Virus record (IMG/VR): IMGVR_UViG_3300025867_000005
Length of the DNA: 64,000 nt
Strand: one strand, 5' to 3'
From: a virus
Lineage: Duplodnaviria > Caudoviricetes
The position numbers and the translations under genes are program-made. The notes under the pieces were generated by a model. The model made no database searches. It was not told where the DNA came from and worked only from the letters and a program-made list of their open reading frames with translations. Position 1 is the first letter of the stretch; every line of letters begins with the position of its first letter. Below are positions 55,389 to 64,000 of the stretch, one piece after another.

Positions 55389-55417
55389 ACCAAAATAGTA
55401 GAATATCGAAAGAAACA

Positions 55418-55455
55418 AAGGGGACTGGATTTTATTCCTTCCCCTTCTTCTTTTT
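55418..55455 (+). terminator. intrinsic terminator
   Basis: AAGGGGA...TCCCCTT stem followed by CTTCTTTTT. Confidence 0.6.
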
Positions 55456-55474
55456 GATATGGAGAATGATAGGT

Positions 55475-55651
55475 ATGAAAGACAAACTGAAAGCAATCGC
55501 CAAGATTATAATCGAGGCAGACGGATGGAAACAACCTCTGCGGAATCAGCCGGATTACGGCGTAGGCGAATCTGTGTTGGATAAATTGGCAGAAAACGCA
55601 GGAACGGACTTAGAAACCCTATACAGGGATCACAAACCGTTTCCGGGATAA
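55475..55651 (+). CDS. small hypothetical protein
   Basis: GGAG RBS; starts MKDKLKAIAKIIIEADGW. Confidence 0.5.
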   Translation: MKDKLKAIAKIIIEADGWKQPLRNQPDYGVGESVLDKLAENAGTDLETLYRDHKPFPG

Positions 55652-55703
55652 TCATGATTGCGAAATCTATTTTCTTGAAGAATGGTCTAATGGGATTCAG
55701 CAT

Positions 55704-55883
55704 ATGGGAAGAATAGAATGTTGTCACAAAGACTGTATGCATTATCAGCATGACAGTTATTTCAAAAGGTTTTGCTGCGGCGGTAAGCATCTCGTCGAAG
55801 AATACGAAATTATACTTTGCCGTGGGATTAAACGCGATTGTCGGATGTGTAAGGGCTGCTGGTATTATGAAAAAGGAGAATAA
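55704..55883 (+). CDS. Cys-rich small protein (59 aa, not in ORF track)
   Basis: MGRIECCHKDC...CRMCKGCWYYEKGE; stop abuts the next ATG. Confidence 0.5.
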   Translation: MGRIECCHKDCMHYQHDSYFKRFCCGGKHLVEEYEIILCRGIKRDCRMCKGCWYYEKGE

Positions 55884-56156
55884 ATGAACATTTTGGTACT
55901 TGAAAACGGTTGTTTGGACTGTTCGGTCATAAAAGTCAATCTGGATTTAAGGAAAGTCGGGGATGATGCCTTTGAAGGCAATGGCGGAGAAAAAATTTGT
56001 GTTTTTTCTACTCTCTCCAGTCTTGGAACCAAGGAATTGACGCAAAGGCTTGGAATAGAAAACATTGCACCGGTATTGATCACTTCTGACGGAACGGTAA
56101 TAAAAGAAGTGAACGAAATTATCAAGAAAATAGGGCTTCTCGGATACAGAAAGTAA
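55884..56156 (+). CDS. glutaredoxin/thioredoxin-like protein
   Basis: CLDC motif and APVL..DG cis-Pro loop; near nrdDG. Confidence 0.6.
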   Translation: MNILVLENGCLDCSVIKVNLDLRKVGDDAFEGNGGEKICVFSTLSSLGTKELTQRLGIENIAPVLITSDGTVIKEVNEIIKKIGLLGYRK

Positions 56157-56248
56157 GATGTTTTTTTGATACAGAAAACATCTGTACAAAACGGGAAAAC
56201 GATGTCCGCGTGAAGTCAAAACTTCAGCGGATTTTGTGTCTAATTATT

Positions 56249-56659
56249 ATGCCGACTTACGATTATCAATGTTTAAAATGTGCTTCTGTTTTTGAAGTTT
56301 TCCACAGGATCGGGGAACAGCCTTCTGTTGATTGTCCTGTTTGTGGAGGAAGCCATATAAAGAAAACCGTATCCGGGTTTTATCTCGGGAACCAAGACTG
56401 TTCTGGGGCTTCTTCTAAGGCAGATATGATGTCAGACCTTAAAGAAAACTACGGCATAGAATCTGTGAAAATGCAAAACGGGAAATTCAATGATTGGTAT
56501 CGCGGCATTAAGAAAGACGGATCTAAAGTAAAGGAACAAATGTTGTCTGGAGAAGAGAAACAGAATGCCAAAATCGCAAAGAAGAACCGTGAATTCCTTT
56601 CTCGTCCCGCGACTGATTTAAAAGCAATCAAACATCAAAAGACTGTCATCAAAAAATGA
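56249..56659 (+). CDS. FmdB-family zinc-ribbon protein
   Basis: MPTYDYQC..C...FE......CPVCG. Confidence 0.8.
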   Translation: MPTYDYQCLKCASVFEVFHRIGEQPSVDCPVCGGSHIKKTVSGFYLGNQDCSGASSKADMMSDLKENYGIESVKMQNGKFNDWYRGIKKDGSKVKEQMLSGEEKQNAKIAKKNREFLSRPATDLKAIKHQKTVIKK

Positions 56660-56689
56660 TGGTCTTCGTTTTTTTAGGAGAATTTTAAA

Positions 56690-57154
56690 ATGGAAGTGTT
56701 CAAGCCGGTTATCAGTGTTGTATTAAGTGAATGTCCAGGAGAAATAAGTTTAGGGATCATGGTAGCCAATTGTCCTTACGGTTGTCGTGGATGCAGCTAT
56801 AAAAGTCTGGAAAAATACGGAAGAGTTGAATTAACATTGCCGATGTTTGAAACAGAACTCAAGAAGTATCAGGGTCAAGCTACTTGTGTGGTTTTTATGG
56901 GTGGTTGTTGGCTTAAAGATGAATTGACCGTTTATCTTGAACGTGCAAGAAGTTATGGATATAAGACTTGTCTATATACAGGACTCAAAAACATAGGAGA
57001 AATCGAACCTTCTATCGTCAAGAATCTAGACTTTTGCAAATACGGCAGATGGGAAGGGATTCCTCTTACAGACAAGAATTGCAACCAACGGTTTTGGGAT
57101 GTTAAAAACGACCAAGATATTACCTATAAGTTTCAAATCAATAAAGGAGAATGA
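56690..57154 (+). CDS. nrdG: anaerobic RNR activating protein (radical SAM)
   Basis: ECPGEISL, CxxxCxxC, FMGG, CLYTG, NQRF. Confidence 0.88.
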   Translation: MEVFKPVISVVLSECPGEISLGIMVANCPYGCRGCSYKSLEKYGRVELTLPMFETELKKYQGQATCVVFMGGCWLKDELTVYLERARSYGYKTCLYTGLKNIGEIEPSIVKNLDFCKYGRWEGIPLTDKNCNQRFWDVKNDQDITYKFQINKGE

Positions 57155-57158
57155 ACAG

Positions 57159-59057
57159 ATGTTTGTTAAATTGACGGATAAGCAGATTCAGGAGAAAATC
57201 GATTTCATCGGAAGTTATATTAAGGCAGAAAACGCGGCAACGGCTTCAGCGGTAGATTCAAATGCCAACGTAAGCAGCAAGAACATATGTACCTTAATGG
57301 GAGAACTTCATAAAGACTTTAACATCCAGATTAAACGCAAACTTGTTACAGACAATATCACAAAGTTGTTCGGTAAAGAACTCAGCGAAGAATATCTTAG
57401 ACAGCTCAAAGAGCATGAAATTTACGCACACGATGAATCATCGCTCTCGCCCTATTGCTGTAGCACAAGCCTCTATCCTTTTCTGTTGAACGGAATGAAT
57501 GGCCTCGGAGGAGAAGCTGGAGCTCCTAAGCACCTTTCAAGTTTCTGCGGCAATTATGTGAATCTGATGTTCGCCCTGTCTTCACAGCTTGCTGGGGCGG
57601 TGGGCGCACCAGAAACCCTGATGTGTTTCGATTACTTCGCAAGAAAAGATTACGGAGAGAACTATGCCGACTGGTTTATCGATCCGCAAACGGAACAAGA
57701 AAAGAATGACGCGAAGGAAATTGAAAATTATCTTCAGAGCGTAGTCTATGCCATCAATCAACCAGCTGCGGCAAGGGGATTTCAAAGCATATTCTGTAAC
57801 TGGTCAGTATTTGACAAGTATTACTTTGATGCGATTTTCAGTGATTTCATGTTCCCGGATTGCACCCCTACCAACTGGAAGAGTCTAGATAAGTTGCAGC
57901 GGTTCTTTTTGACATGGATTAACAAAGAACGCACAAAAGCCCTTCTTACTTTCCCTGTTATCACGGCCAGCGTATTGACATCTGATGGTAAACCGAAGGA
58001 TGAAGAATTCGCCAGGTTCCTTGCGAAAGAACTTAGTGAAGGGAACTCCTTCTTCATGTTTATGTCAAAGAATCCACAAGCGATCTCCTCATGCTGTCGG
58101 CTTTCAAATGAAATGACAGACACGACTTTCTCAAACAGTAGCGGGGCAGGCGGTGTCAGTACTGGATCTATGAATGTCATTACTATCAATATCAACCGCT
58201 TGGTTCAGAATGCCGTTAAAGACAATCCGGGTTGCCTTGCTGACAAGCTGAATGCCATTAAGAAGGTTCTCGGTGAACAGGTTCTTAAACTTCACAAATA
58301 TCAAGTCGCTACAAAGACCATCTTTGATGATTTGAAAACAGCAAAAATGCTTCCCCTTTATGACGCTGGTTTCGTGACAATGAAGAAACAGTATCTGACT
58401 GTCGGTGTCAATGGTGTTTTGGAAGGCGCAGAAAGTCTAGGCATTGAACCTAGCTATAACGAAGATTACAAGAAGTATCTCAAAGCGATTTTTGAAACCA
58501 TTTCTTCACTTAACAAACAGGCGAAGGAAACGTGGAAAGACCGTGAATTGATGTTCAATCTCGAAATGGTTCCGGCTGAAAATCTCGGGGTTAAATTCGC
58601 AGGTTGGGATAAAAAGGACGGATATATTGTTAAGCGTGATGCTTATAATTCCTATCTCTATCGGGTTGAGGATCAGGATATAAACATTATCGACAAGTTC
58701 AAACTTTACGAAGAAGATATATCTAAAACAATGGACGGTGGCTCTGCTGTACATCTCAATCTGTTGGAGTATCCGGATCAGGAAGCTTACTACAAGCTGA
58801 TGTGCTTGGCCGCTAGTCTCGGTGTTCCATATTGGTGCACGAATATCGCCATTACCTGTTGCGAAGAGGATGATTGCAAGTATATCAACAAGAACACCTC
58901 CAATCATTGCGTCAAGTGTGGAAGTCATAACGTAAGCCACGCGACAAGAATAATCGGCTATTTGCGTAAGAATACCAGTTTCTCAAAAGCCCGCCAAAAT
59001 GAAAATATCCTACGATTCTACCACAAGGTTTTTAAGAGTGGAGAATCTATTTCTTGA
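57159..59057 (+). CDS. nrdD: anaerobic ribonucleoside-triphosphate reductase (class III)
   Basis: IYAHD, PYC, SSCCRL, VPAENL, C-terminal zinc site and glycyl-radical motif TRIIGYL. Confidence 0.95.
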   Translation: MFVKLTDKQIQEKIDFIGSYIKAENAATASAVDSNANVSSKNICTLMGELHKDFNIQIKRKLVTDNITKLFGKELSEEYLRQLKEHEIYAHDESSLSPYCCSTSLYPFLLNGMNGLGGEAGAPKHLSSFCGNYVNLMFALSSQLAGAVGAPETLMCFDYFARKDYGENYADWFIDPQTEQEKNDAKEIENYLQSVVYAINQPAAARGFQSIFCNWSVFDKYYFDAIFSDFMFPDCTPTNWKSLDKLQRFFLTWINKERTKALLTFPVITASVLTSDGKPKDEEFARFLAKELSEGNSFFMFMSKNPQAISSCCRLSNEMTDTTFSNSSGAGGVSTGSMNVITININRLVQNAVKDNPGCLADKLNAIKKVLGEQVLKLHKYQVATKTIFDDLKTAKMLPLYDAGFVTMKKQYLTVGVNGVLEGAESLGIEPSYNEDYKKYLKAIFETISSLNKQAKETWKDRELMFNLEMVPAENLGVKFAGWDKKDGYIVKRDAYNSYLYRVEDQDINIIDKFKLYEEDISKTMDGGSAVHLNLLEYPDQEAYYKLMCLAASLGVPYWCTNIAITCCEEDDCKYINKNTSNHCVKCGSHNVSHATRIIGYLRKNTSFSKARQNENILRFYHKVFKSGESIS

Positions 59058-59119
59058 AAGATTCTTGATATAGTTACTATCTATTAGTGTACGAAATTCA
59101 TACGCTAATAGAGGTAATT

Positions 59120-60862
59120 ATGAATAAAGAAGAATTCGTTTCAAATGCAAAAAGAAAATACCCTGAATATGATTATTCTCTATCTATTTCATCGTTTTCT
59201 GATGAGATGGTTATCGGTTGTCCTATTCATGGATGTTTTACGAAGACAATCAGGAATAAGAACTATAGATGTCCAAAATGTTCTGGAGGACTGATTTCAA
59301 GAACCAAAACCATCGACACGAATACGTTTTGGGCCAAGGCCAATCTCGTACACGGCAATACATATGACTATTCGAAGGTAAACTACGTTAGATTCAACTC
59401 ACCAGTTATCATAATCTGCCGGAAACACGGAGAATTTTTACAACGGCCAGATAAACATTTACAGGGATGCGGATGCCAAAAATGTGGAAAAGACAGGATT
59501 GCCAATGCGAATCATGATGATACTGAAAGTTTTATCAAGAAAGCCCAAGAAGTTCATGGAAACAGGTATGATTATTCGGGATCAGAGTACCATTCATCTA
59601 AGGAAAACATTAGAATTGTCTGCCGTCAACACGGACCATTTTGGCAAAATCCAAACAACCACCTACAAGGCAAAGGTTGTCCTATCTGTTTGGGTCATCC
59701 TGAAAGGAATGATGATTTCATAAAAGAAGCTAAAGAAAAGTTTGGGGATCGCTACAATTACGACCAGACTGTCTACAGAAATAGAAAACGTAAAATATTT
59801 ATCGGATGCAAGGTTCACGGAGTCTTCGAAATGCTTCCAGATTTTCATTTGAAATACGGATGCCCAGAATGCAAGAAAGGTTCAGAAGATGAAAAATTTG
59901 AACTTAAAATGAAAGAATTAATCGAATTGGCAGACAAAGTACATAAAGGGAAATATGACTATAGCAAAACGACGTTTAATTCTATTATGGACAAAGCTGA
60001 AATTATATGCCCGAAACACGGGTCTTTCAATCAACGTTTTTATAACCACATAAAAGGGTCTGGTTGCCGCAAGTGTGGGTATGAAGATAAAGTACGAAGC
60101 TATACAAACTGTGGTAGAGAATGTTGTCCGCAAGATGAATTTATCAGGAAATGCAAACTGACACATGGCGAAAAATATGATTACAGCCTGGTGGAATATG
60201 TGAAAAGCAAACATAGGGTTAAGATCATGTGTCCTGAACATGGAACTTTTGAACAAATTGCCGCCAATCATTTACAAGGCGGGGATTGTCCTAAATGTGC
60301 AGTACTGCGACGCAGTAGACAAAAGGCAGAAAAGGCAGCATCTGAATTCGTTAAGAAAGCAATAAAGAAACATGGAAACCTTTATGACTATTCCAAAACT
60401 GTTTATAAGCATGCAAGACAGCCGGTAACGATTATCTGCCGCCGACACGGGGAATTCCTTCAGACACCCAACAAACACCTTACGGGTCAAGGATGCCCAC
60501 ATTGTAAGGAAAGCAATGGGGAACGGGAAACGGCGGAATTGCTGAAAGACAACGGCTTTGTTTTTGAAGCACAGAAACGTTTTCCTTGGTTGCATTTGCA
60601 AAGTCTGGATTTCTATATTCCCGCATTTAGACTTGCAATCGAAGTGCAGGGAATTCAGCATTTTGAACCTACGGATTTCAACGGGAAAGGAGATTTCAGT
60701 GCGGAAGTCGCTTTCATCAAAGCGCAGCTAAATGATATCAAAAAGTTCACCCTATGCCAGGAACACGGAATAATGATGGTTTATGTTTCAGAAGAAAAGA
60801 TGCAAGACGGACTCACATTCAAAGATTCAGCGGACCTGATTCGATATTTGAAGACATGTTGA
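59120..60862 (+). CDS. free-standing putative homing endonuclease with 7 zinc-ribbon repeats and a C-terminal DUF559/Vsr-like nuclease
   Basis: Seven F..KA...HG..YDYS...IC..HG.F.Q....H..G.GCP.C units; C-terminal LDFYIP..AIEVQG.QH. Confidence 0.8.
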   Translation: MNKEEFVSNAKRKYPEYDYSLSISSFSDEMVIGCPIHGCFTKTIRNKNYRCPKCSGGLISRTKTIDTNTFWAKANLVHGNTYDYSKVNYVRFNSPVIIICRKHGEFLQRPDKHLQGCGCQKCGKDRIANANHDDTESFIKKAQEVHGNRYDYSGSEYHSSKENIRIVCRQHGPFWQNPNNHLQGKGCPICLGHPERNDDFIKEAKEKFGDRYNYDQTVYRNRKRKIFIGCKVHGVFEMLPDFHLKYGCPECKKGSEDEKFELKMKELIELADKVHKGKYDYSKTTFNSIMDKAEIICPKHGSFNQRFYNHIKGSGCRKCGYEDKVRSYTNCGRECCPQDEFIRKCKLTHGEKYDYSLVEYVKSKHRVKIMCPEHGTFEQIAANHLQGGDCPKCAVLRRSRQKAEKAASEFVKKAIKKHGNLYDYSKTVYKHARQPVTIICRRHGEFLQTPNKHLTGQGCPHCKESNGERETAELLKDNGFVFEAQKRFPWLHLQSLDFYIPAFRLAIEVQGIQHFEPTDFNGKGDFSAEVAFIKAQLNDIKKFTLCQEHGIMMVYVSEEKMQDGLTFKDSADLIRYLKTC

Positions 60863-60921
60863 ACTCTTTTTGATATTCCCAATCGGTTTGAGACCAATAT
60901 CTATTTTACGGGGAGAAATTT

Positions 60922-61569
60922 ATGCCGGTACATTCAGAAAAAGAGGGTGGGAAGTGGAGAGTCGTAGAATCTGACGGAAGCATTGCGAAGAACAAAGCTG
61001 GAACCGCAATCGACGGCGGAGGGCATGACACTAGAGAAGATTCTGTTGCACAGGTTCAGGCAGTTAATATCAGCATGATGAAGAAGTCAAGTTTGAATAT
61101 GGTAGCCGCCGTAGAAAAGCTCGCCAAATTCATTCAGGCCGCAAGTCTAAGAGACGCGGAACGCATGATGCGTCCTGTTATGCAGAAGGCGATAGCAAGC
61201 CTTCAGAAAAGGTTTCAGCATGACGGTATCGACAGTCTTAAGCTTATCAAGGAACTACCGGCACAACAGGCCGTCAATTCCAATAGCTATTACCAGATCG
61301 CCTGGTACGGGCTTATGACAAGGCTGAATCCGTACGGAAGGTGTGGAACCATTCAGATCACCACTACTTTCAACAACGAAAGCGACGAGCAAGACATTAC
61401 GGTAAGTCTTAGGGTCAAGCTTGGAGAAGACAAATCTGTTGTATTTCCTTCAGCTAGCCCGATCGGTGTTATCACGAAAGTCTTGAATCATGTTACAAGA
61501 CTTGAACAGATGGGGAAAGACTTCGAATACTGGGTGAAGACCTATAAGCCAAGCAATCCGAAAGAATAA
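60922..61569 (+). CDS. hypothetical protein
   Basis: GGGGAG RBS; followed by a terminator. Confidence 0.65.
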   Translation: MPVHSEKEGGKWRVVESDGSIAKNKAGTAIDGGGHDTREDSVAQVQAVNISMMKKSSLNMVAAVEKLAKFIQAASLRDAERMMRPVMQKAIASLQKRFQHDGIDSLKLIKELPAQQAVNSNSYYQIAWYGLMTRLNPYGRCGTIQITTTFNNESDEQDITVSLRVKLGEDKSVVFPSASPIGVITKVLNHVTRLEQMGKDFEYWVKTYKPSNPKE

Positions 61570-61587
61570 TGACATGGTTTAAAGCAC

Positions 61588-61622
61588 AGAAGAAGGGGAC
61601 TGAATAAATCCCCTTCTTTTTT
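61588..61622. terminator. probable bidirectional terminator
   Basis: AGAAGGGGA-loop-TCCCCTTCT with a downstream T tract and an A-rich upstream flank; lies between convergent ORFs. Confidence 0.7.
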
Positions 61623-61636
61623 GTCTTTAAAAGTTT

Positions 61637-61873
61637 TCATACTCCCTTTAAGACTGACATCAGGGCTTTGGGATCTATCCTGTAGACTTCGAATCTGTTC
61701 TGTCCTGGGCGGTCTTCTTTCATCCACTTGGTTTCAGATCTCCCGTTTTACACCAAAGTCAGGCTTTGGCAATATTTCGGATTGGACATGATTATTGACT
61801 TGATGTTTTTGGGCATATCATCCCACATTGTTTTCGCGTTGTTATGCAATTCATCAATTTGTTTTTGTGTCAT
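61637..61873 (-). pseudogene. small minus-strand gene interrupted by one in-frame TAA
   Basis: GGAG RBS; MTQKQIDEL...SLTLV*NGRSETKW...VLKGV; TAA at 61748-61750. Confidence 0.45.
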
Positions 61874-61973
61874 CTATTTTCTCCATGCCAGATATAGATT
61901 CATTTCTCTGATTATCTATTTTAAATGTGAAACAGTTTTTGATATCTTCATGAAAGTAAAGGAGTTAAACAGT

Positions 61974-62591
61974 ATGGATTTTTGTGTAAATGTAGAAAGA
62001 ATGAAGCTGAGCCTATTGAAACCTGCGATGTACAATCCCCGCACAATTTCTGAAGACGCATTTTCAGGACTTGGTAAGAGTTTGGAAAGATTCGGAATAC
62101 TTGCCAATATCGTTTGGAACCGCAGAACAGGGAATATTGTCGGCGGACACCAACGTTACAAACAGTTGATTGAAAAGGGGATCAAAGAAACGGATGTGAT
62201 TGTTGTTGACTTGGATGACACGGAAGAAGTGACGTTGAATATCGCCTTGAACAGCGGTGCGATTAAAGGGGATTTTACACAGGGAGCTATCGCCGCATTG
62301 CGTATGACTGAAGCGAAAATCGGTGAGGCCTTTCAGGAGATAAAACTTGACGGGTTGCTTGAAAAACTCGAAAAGAAGAACAAGAAAAAGGAAAAGAAAC
62401 CAAAGAAAGATGGTGACGGATATCAAGACGCAGACCCGATGAACATGCAGATAGAACTTACCGAACCGATTATCAATTGCCCACACTGTGGAAGCAAATG
62501 GGAAATGGATTCTAAGAAAGTCATATTTGACAACAGTTCTTCTGTAGTAGATGCGAAAGAAGAAAAAGATGGAGAGGACAAGTCGATTTAA
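61974..62591 (+). CDS. ParB/Sulfiredoxin-like N-terminal domain protein with C-terminal zinc ribbon
   Basis: LKPA.YNPR, SLERFG, GGHQR, LNIALN, CPHCG; AAGGAG RBS before ATG 61974. Confidence 0.85.
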   Translation: MDFCVNVERMKLSLLKPAMYNPRTISEDAFSGLGKSLERFGILANIVWNRRTGNIVGGHQRYKQLIEKGIKETDVIVVDLDDTEEVTLNIALNSGAIKGDFTQGAIAALRMTEAKIGEAFQEIKLDGLLEKLEKKNKKKEKKPKKDGDGYQDADPMNMQIELTEPIINCPHCGSKWEMDSKKVIFDNSSSVVDAKEEKDGEDKSI

Positions 62592-62611
62592 AATTCAAGG
62601 AGATTGACGGT

Positions 62612-62992
62612 ATGAATGAAAACGTTTTCAAAGAAGAATATGACAGTAAAGTAGCCGGTTTCAGAAGGCAGGCGAATCAAGACCTTTCTGTTTTCAAGAA
62701 GGTTATCCTAAAATGTCTACAATCTGGTGTCGTTGAAGGCAAGGAAGCACAGATTCTTAAACGGGTCAATCAGAATCTTTCGTCCTATCCTTCAAACAGA
62801 TCTTCCGTTCTAAAAGATATCTCAGATGTTCTCAAAGCACTGGATATCAAAACCGGACAAGGATTGTCGGAAACAAATTCTAGACTTCAGGGTGTCATTT
62901 TGGATTTGTCTGAACTCTATGACAGGCTAAGTGGAATCCGCACGAAGATCGCGGAAGTCGCAAGGATGCTTTCAGAGAAGACAATAGTATAA
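62612..62992 (+). CDS. hypothetical protein
   Basis: AAGGAG RBS; helical. Confidence 0.6.
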   Translation: MNENVFKEEYDSKVAGFRRQANQDLSVFKKVILKCLQSGVVEGKEAQILKRVNQNLSSYPSNRSSVLKDISDVLKALDIKTGQGLSETNSRLQGVILDLSELYDRLSGIRTKIAEVARMLSEKTIV

Positions 62993-63008
62993 TGAAAGGA
63001 AACTAACG

Positions 63009-63599
63009 ATGAGTAAAGAAATCAAAGAGTGGAATGTTTTGCCTGTGGCGGTAGATGATGTTATCCCGATGCCTAATAATGAGCGCTTCATTGAACAGCG
63101 TAACATGGAAGGTCTGAAGCACAGCATAAGAAGATTCGGTTTGGTTGAATTGCCGATTTACAACCAACGGACAAAACATCTTATCGGAGGACATCAGCGT
63201 TTCTATTCGATGAAGGAAATGGGGGCTGAAATCATCGACATGCTTGTTGTCGACATGGACGAGGAAGAAGAACTCGCCGCTAATCTGACGATGAACAATC
63301 CCGAAATACAGGGAGACTTTACGGCGGGAACCGTAGACCTTTTGAACGAATTGGAACTCAAAGATAAGGACATGTTCCAAAGTCTTAACATGGATGTACT
63401 GAAAAAAGAAGTCGAGAAGCTTGTTCCTAAAGTACCGGCCTTGCCGAACAAAGATATAAGTCTTCCAAATCCTGATTTTGACAGTGTTTGCCCTTGCTGC
63501 GGCCACAAATGGACGGTGGGGATGAAAGACATTTCTGTTGAGAATATACCACAAATCAATGGAACCGGAGATGAAGAAAAAGAGGGTAAAGGTGAGTGA
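63009..63599 (+). CDS. ParB/Sulfiredoxin-like protein (paralog)
   Basis: NN.R, SIRRFG, GGHQR, ANLTMN, CPCCG. Confidence 0.85.
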   Translation: MSKEIKEWNVLPVAVDDVIPMPNNERFIEQRNMEGLKHSIRRFGLVELPIYNQRTKHLIGGHQRFYSMKEMGAEIIDMLVVDMDEEEELAANLTMNNPEIQGDFTAGTVDLLNELELKDKDMFQSLNMDVLKKEVEKLVPKVPALPNKDISLPNPDFDSVCPCCGHKWTVGMKDISVENIPQINGTGDEEKEGKGE

Positions 63600-64000
63600 A
63601 ATAAGGAATAGCCTTATACGTATTTCTAAGCTCTTACTTTCAGCAGACGGATGGGAAAGCCCGACAGGTAAACGTCATAGCTGGAGAAGGAAGCTAAATG
63701 ACGGCAATTACGAATATCGCTATAAAGATCCTTCTAATAAAGACGCGAAGAATCAGCCTCAGGAAACATCTTCTTATCCGACTAGAGTCCCACCGAAGTT
63801 GGCATCTGTCCTCAGTGTAAAGGAAGATTTGATCAGATATAACAGTTTTGAAACACTGGTTTGTTTTGATGAAAACGGAAATAAGATTTTTGATTTGACA
63901 GGGAACGAAGATTCAGTAGTATTTTCAGGTAAAGAATCTTTAGTCGTTGGGAATTGGCTTACCCATAATCATCCAAGATCAACTTCTTTCTCGCGAGAAG
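63592..64000 (+). CDS. 3'-truncated protein with a JAB/MPN-like motif
   Basis: GTG start overlapping the previous stop; open to window end; E.LVCFD..G...THNHPRSTSFSRE. Confidence 0.6.
   Translation, partial: MSEIRNSLIRISKLLLSADGWESPTGKRHSWRRKLNDGNYEYRYKDPSNKDAKNQPQETSSYPTRVPPKLASVLSVKEDLIRYNSFETLVCFDENGNKIFDLTGNEDSVVFSGKESLVVGNWLTHNHPRSTSFSRE

Noticed and set aside
61728-61973. Hydrophobic N-terminal extension on the ParB-like ORF
   Set aside because: An artefact of the longest-ORF call; it is antisense to the minus-strand microgene, and a strong RBS supports ATG 61974.
279-63559. Numerous 60-200 aa minus-strand and nested ORFs in the track
   Set aside because: They lie opposite or inside well-supported + strand genes and lack recognisable motifs; treated as shadow ORFs.
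1-64000. Alternative genetic code (stop codon reassignment)
   Set aside because: Coding density is high under the standard code, and TAA, TAG and TGA all end conserved genes at expected positions.

Overview
This 64 kb window is from a large lytic dsDNA phage (Caudoviricetes). Genes are densely packed and nearly all on the + strand, and no integrase, rRNA, tRNA or CRISPR array was seen. The host is probably an anaerobe, since class III RNR is present. Bases 1-16.9 kb are a tail morphogenesis module: three paralogous tail-tube-like genes, three chaperone-like genes, a tape measure, hub/tip proteins and no recognisable sheath. Bases 16.9-64 kb cover DNA replication, recombination and nucleotide metabolism: SNF2 helicase, DnaB, primase, Hel308-like helicase, UDG, SSB, RecA, 5'-3' exonuclease, SbcD/SbcC-like proteins, DnaE, two C5 methylases, GMP reductase, Tmk, Cas4-like and RuvC-like nucleases, NrdDG and ParB-like proteins. 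The most striking theme is a fragmented or recoded replisome. (1) DnaE is spread over three ORFs. A split intein with an endonuclease gene between its halves rebuilds the PHP domain and the GRGS/ERF nucleotide-binding motifs, while the catalytic aspartates sit on a separate polypeptide 6.4 kb downstream. (2) A Hel308-like helicase is cut cleanly just after motif V, with three unrelated genes in between. (3) The SSB gene has an A9 slippery run leading into a start-less -1 frame that swaps the acidic DEEILPF tail for a Cys4 finger. There are also three contiguous inteins: a class-3 type starting with Gly in SNF2, and two in RecA, one apparently offset from the known RecA-b site. A recurrent TCTATT motif upstream of many genes may be a phage-specific promoter. 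All assignments come from reading motifs by eye; no database searches were run.
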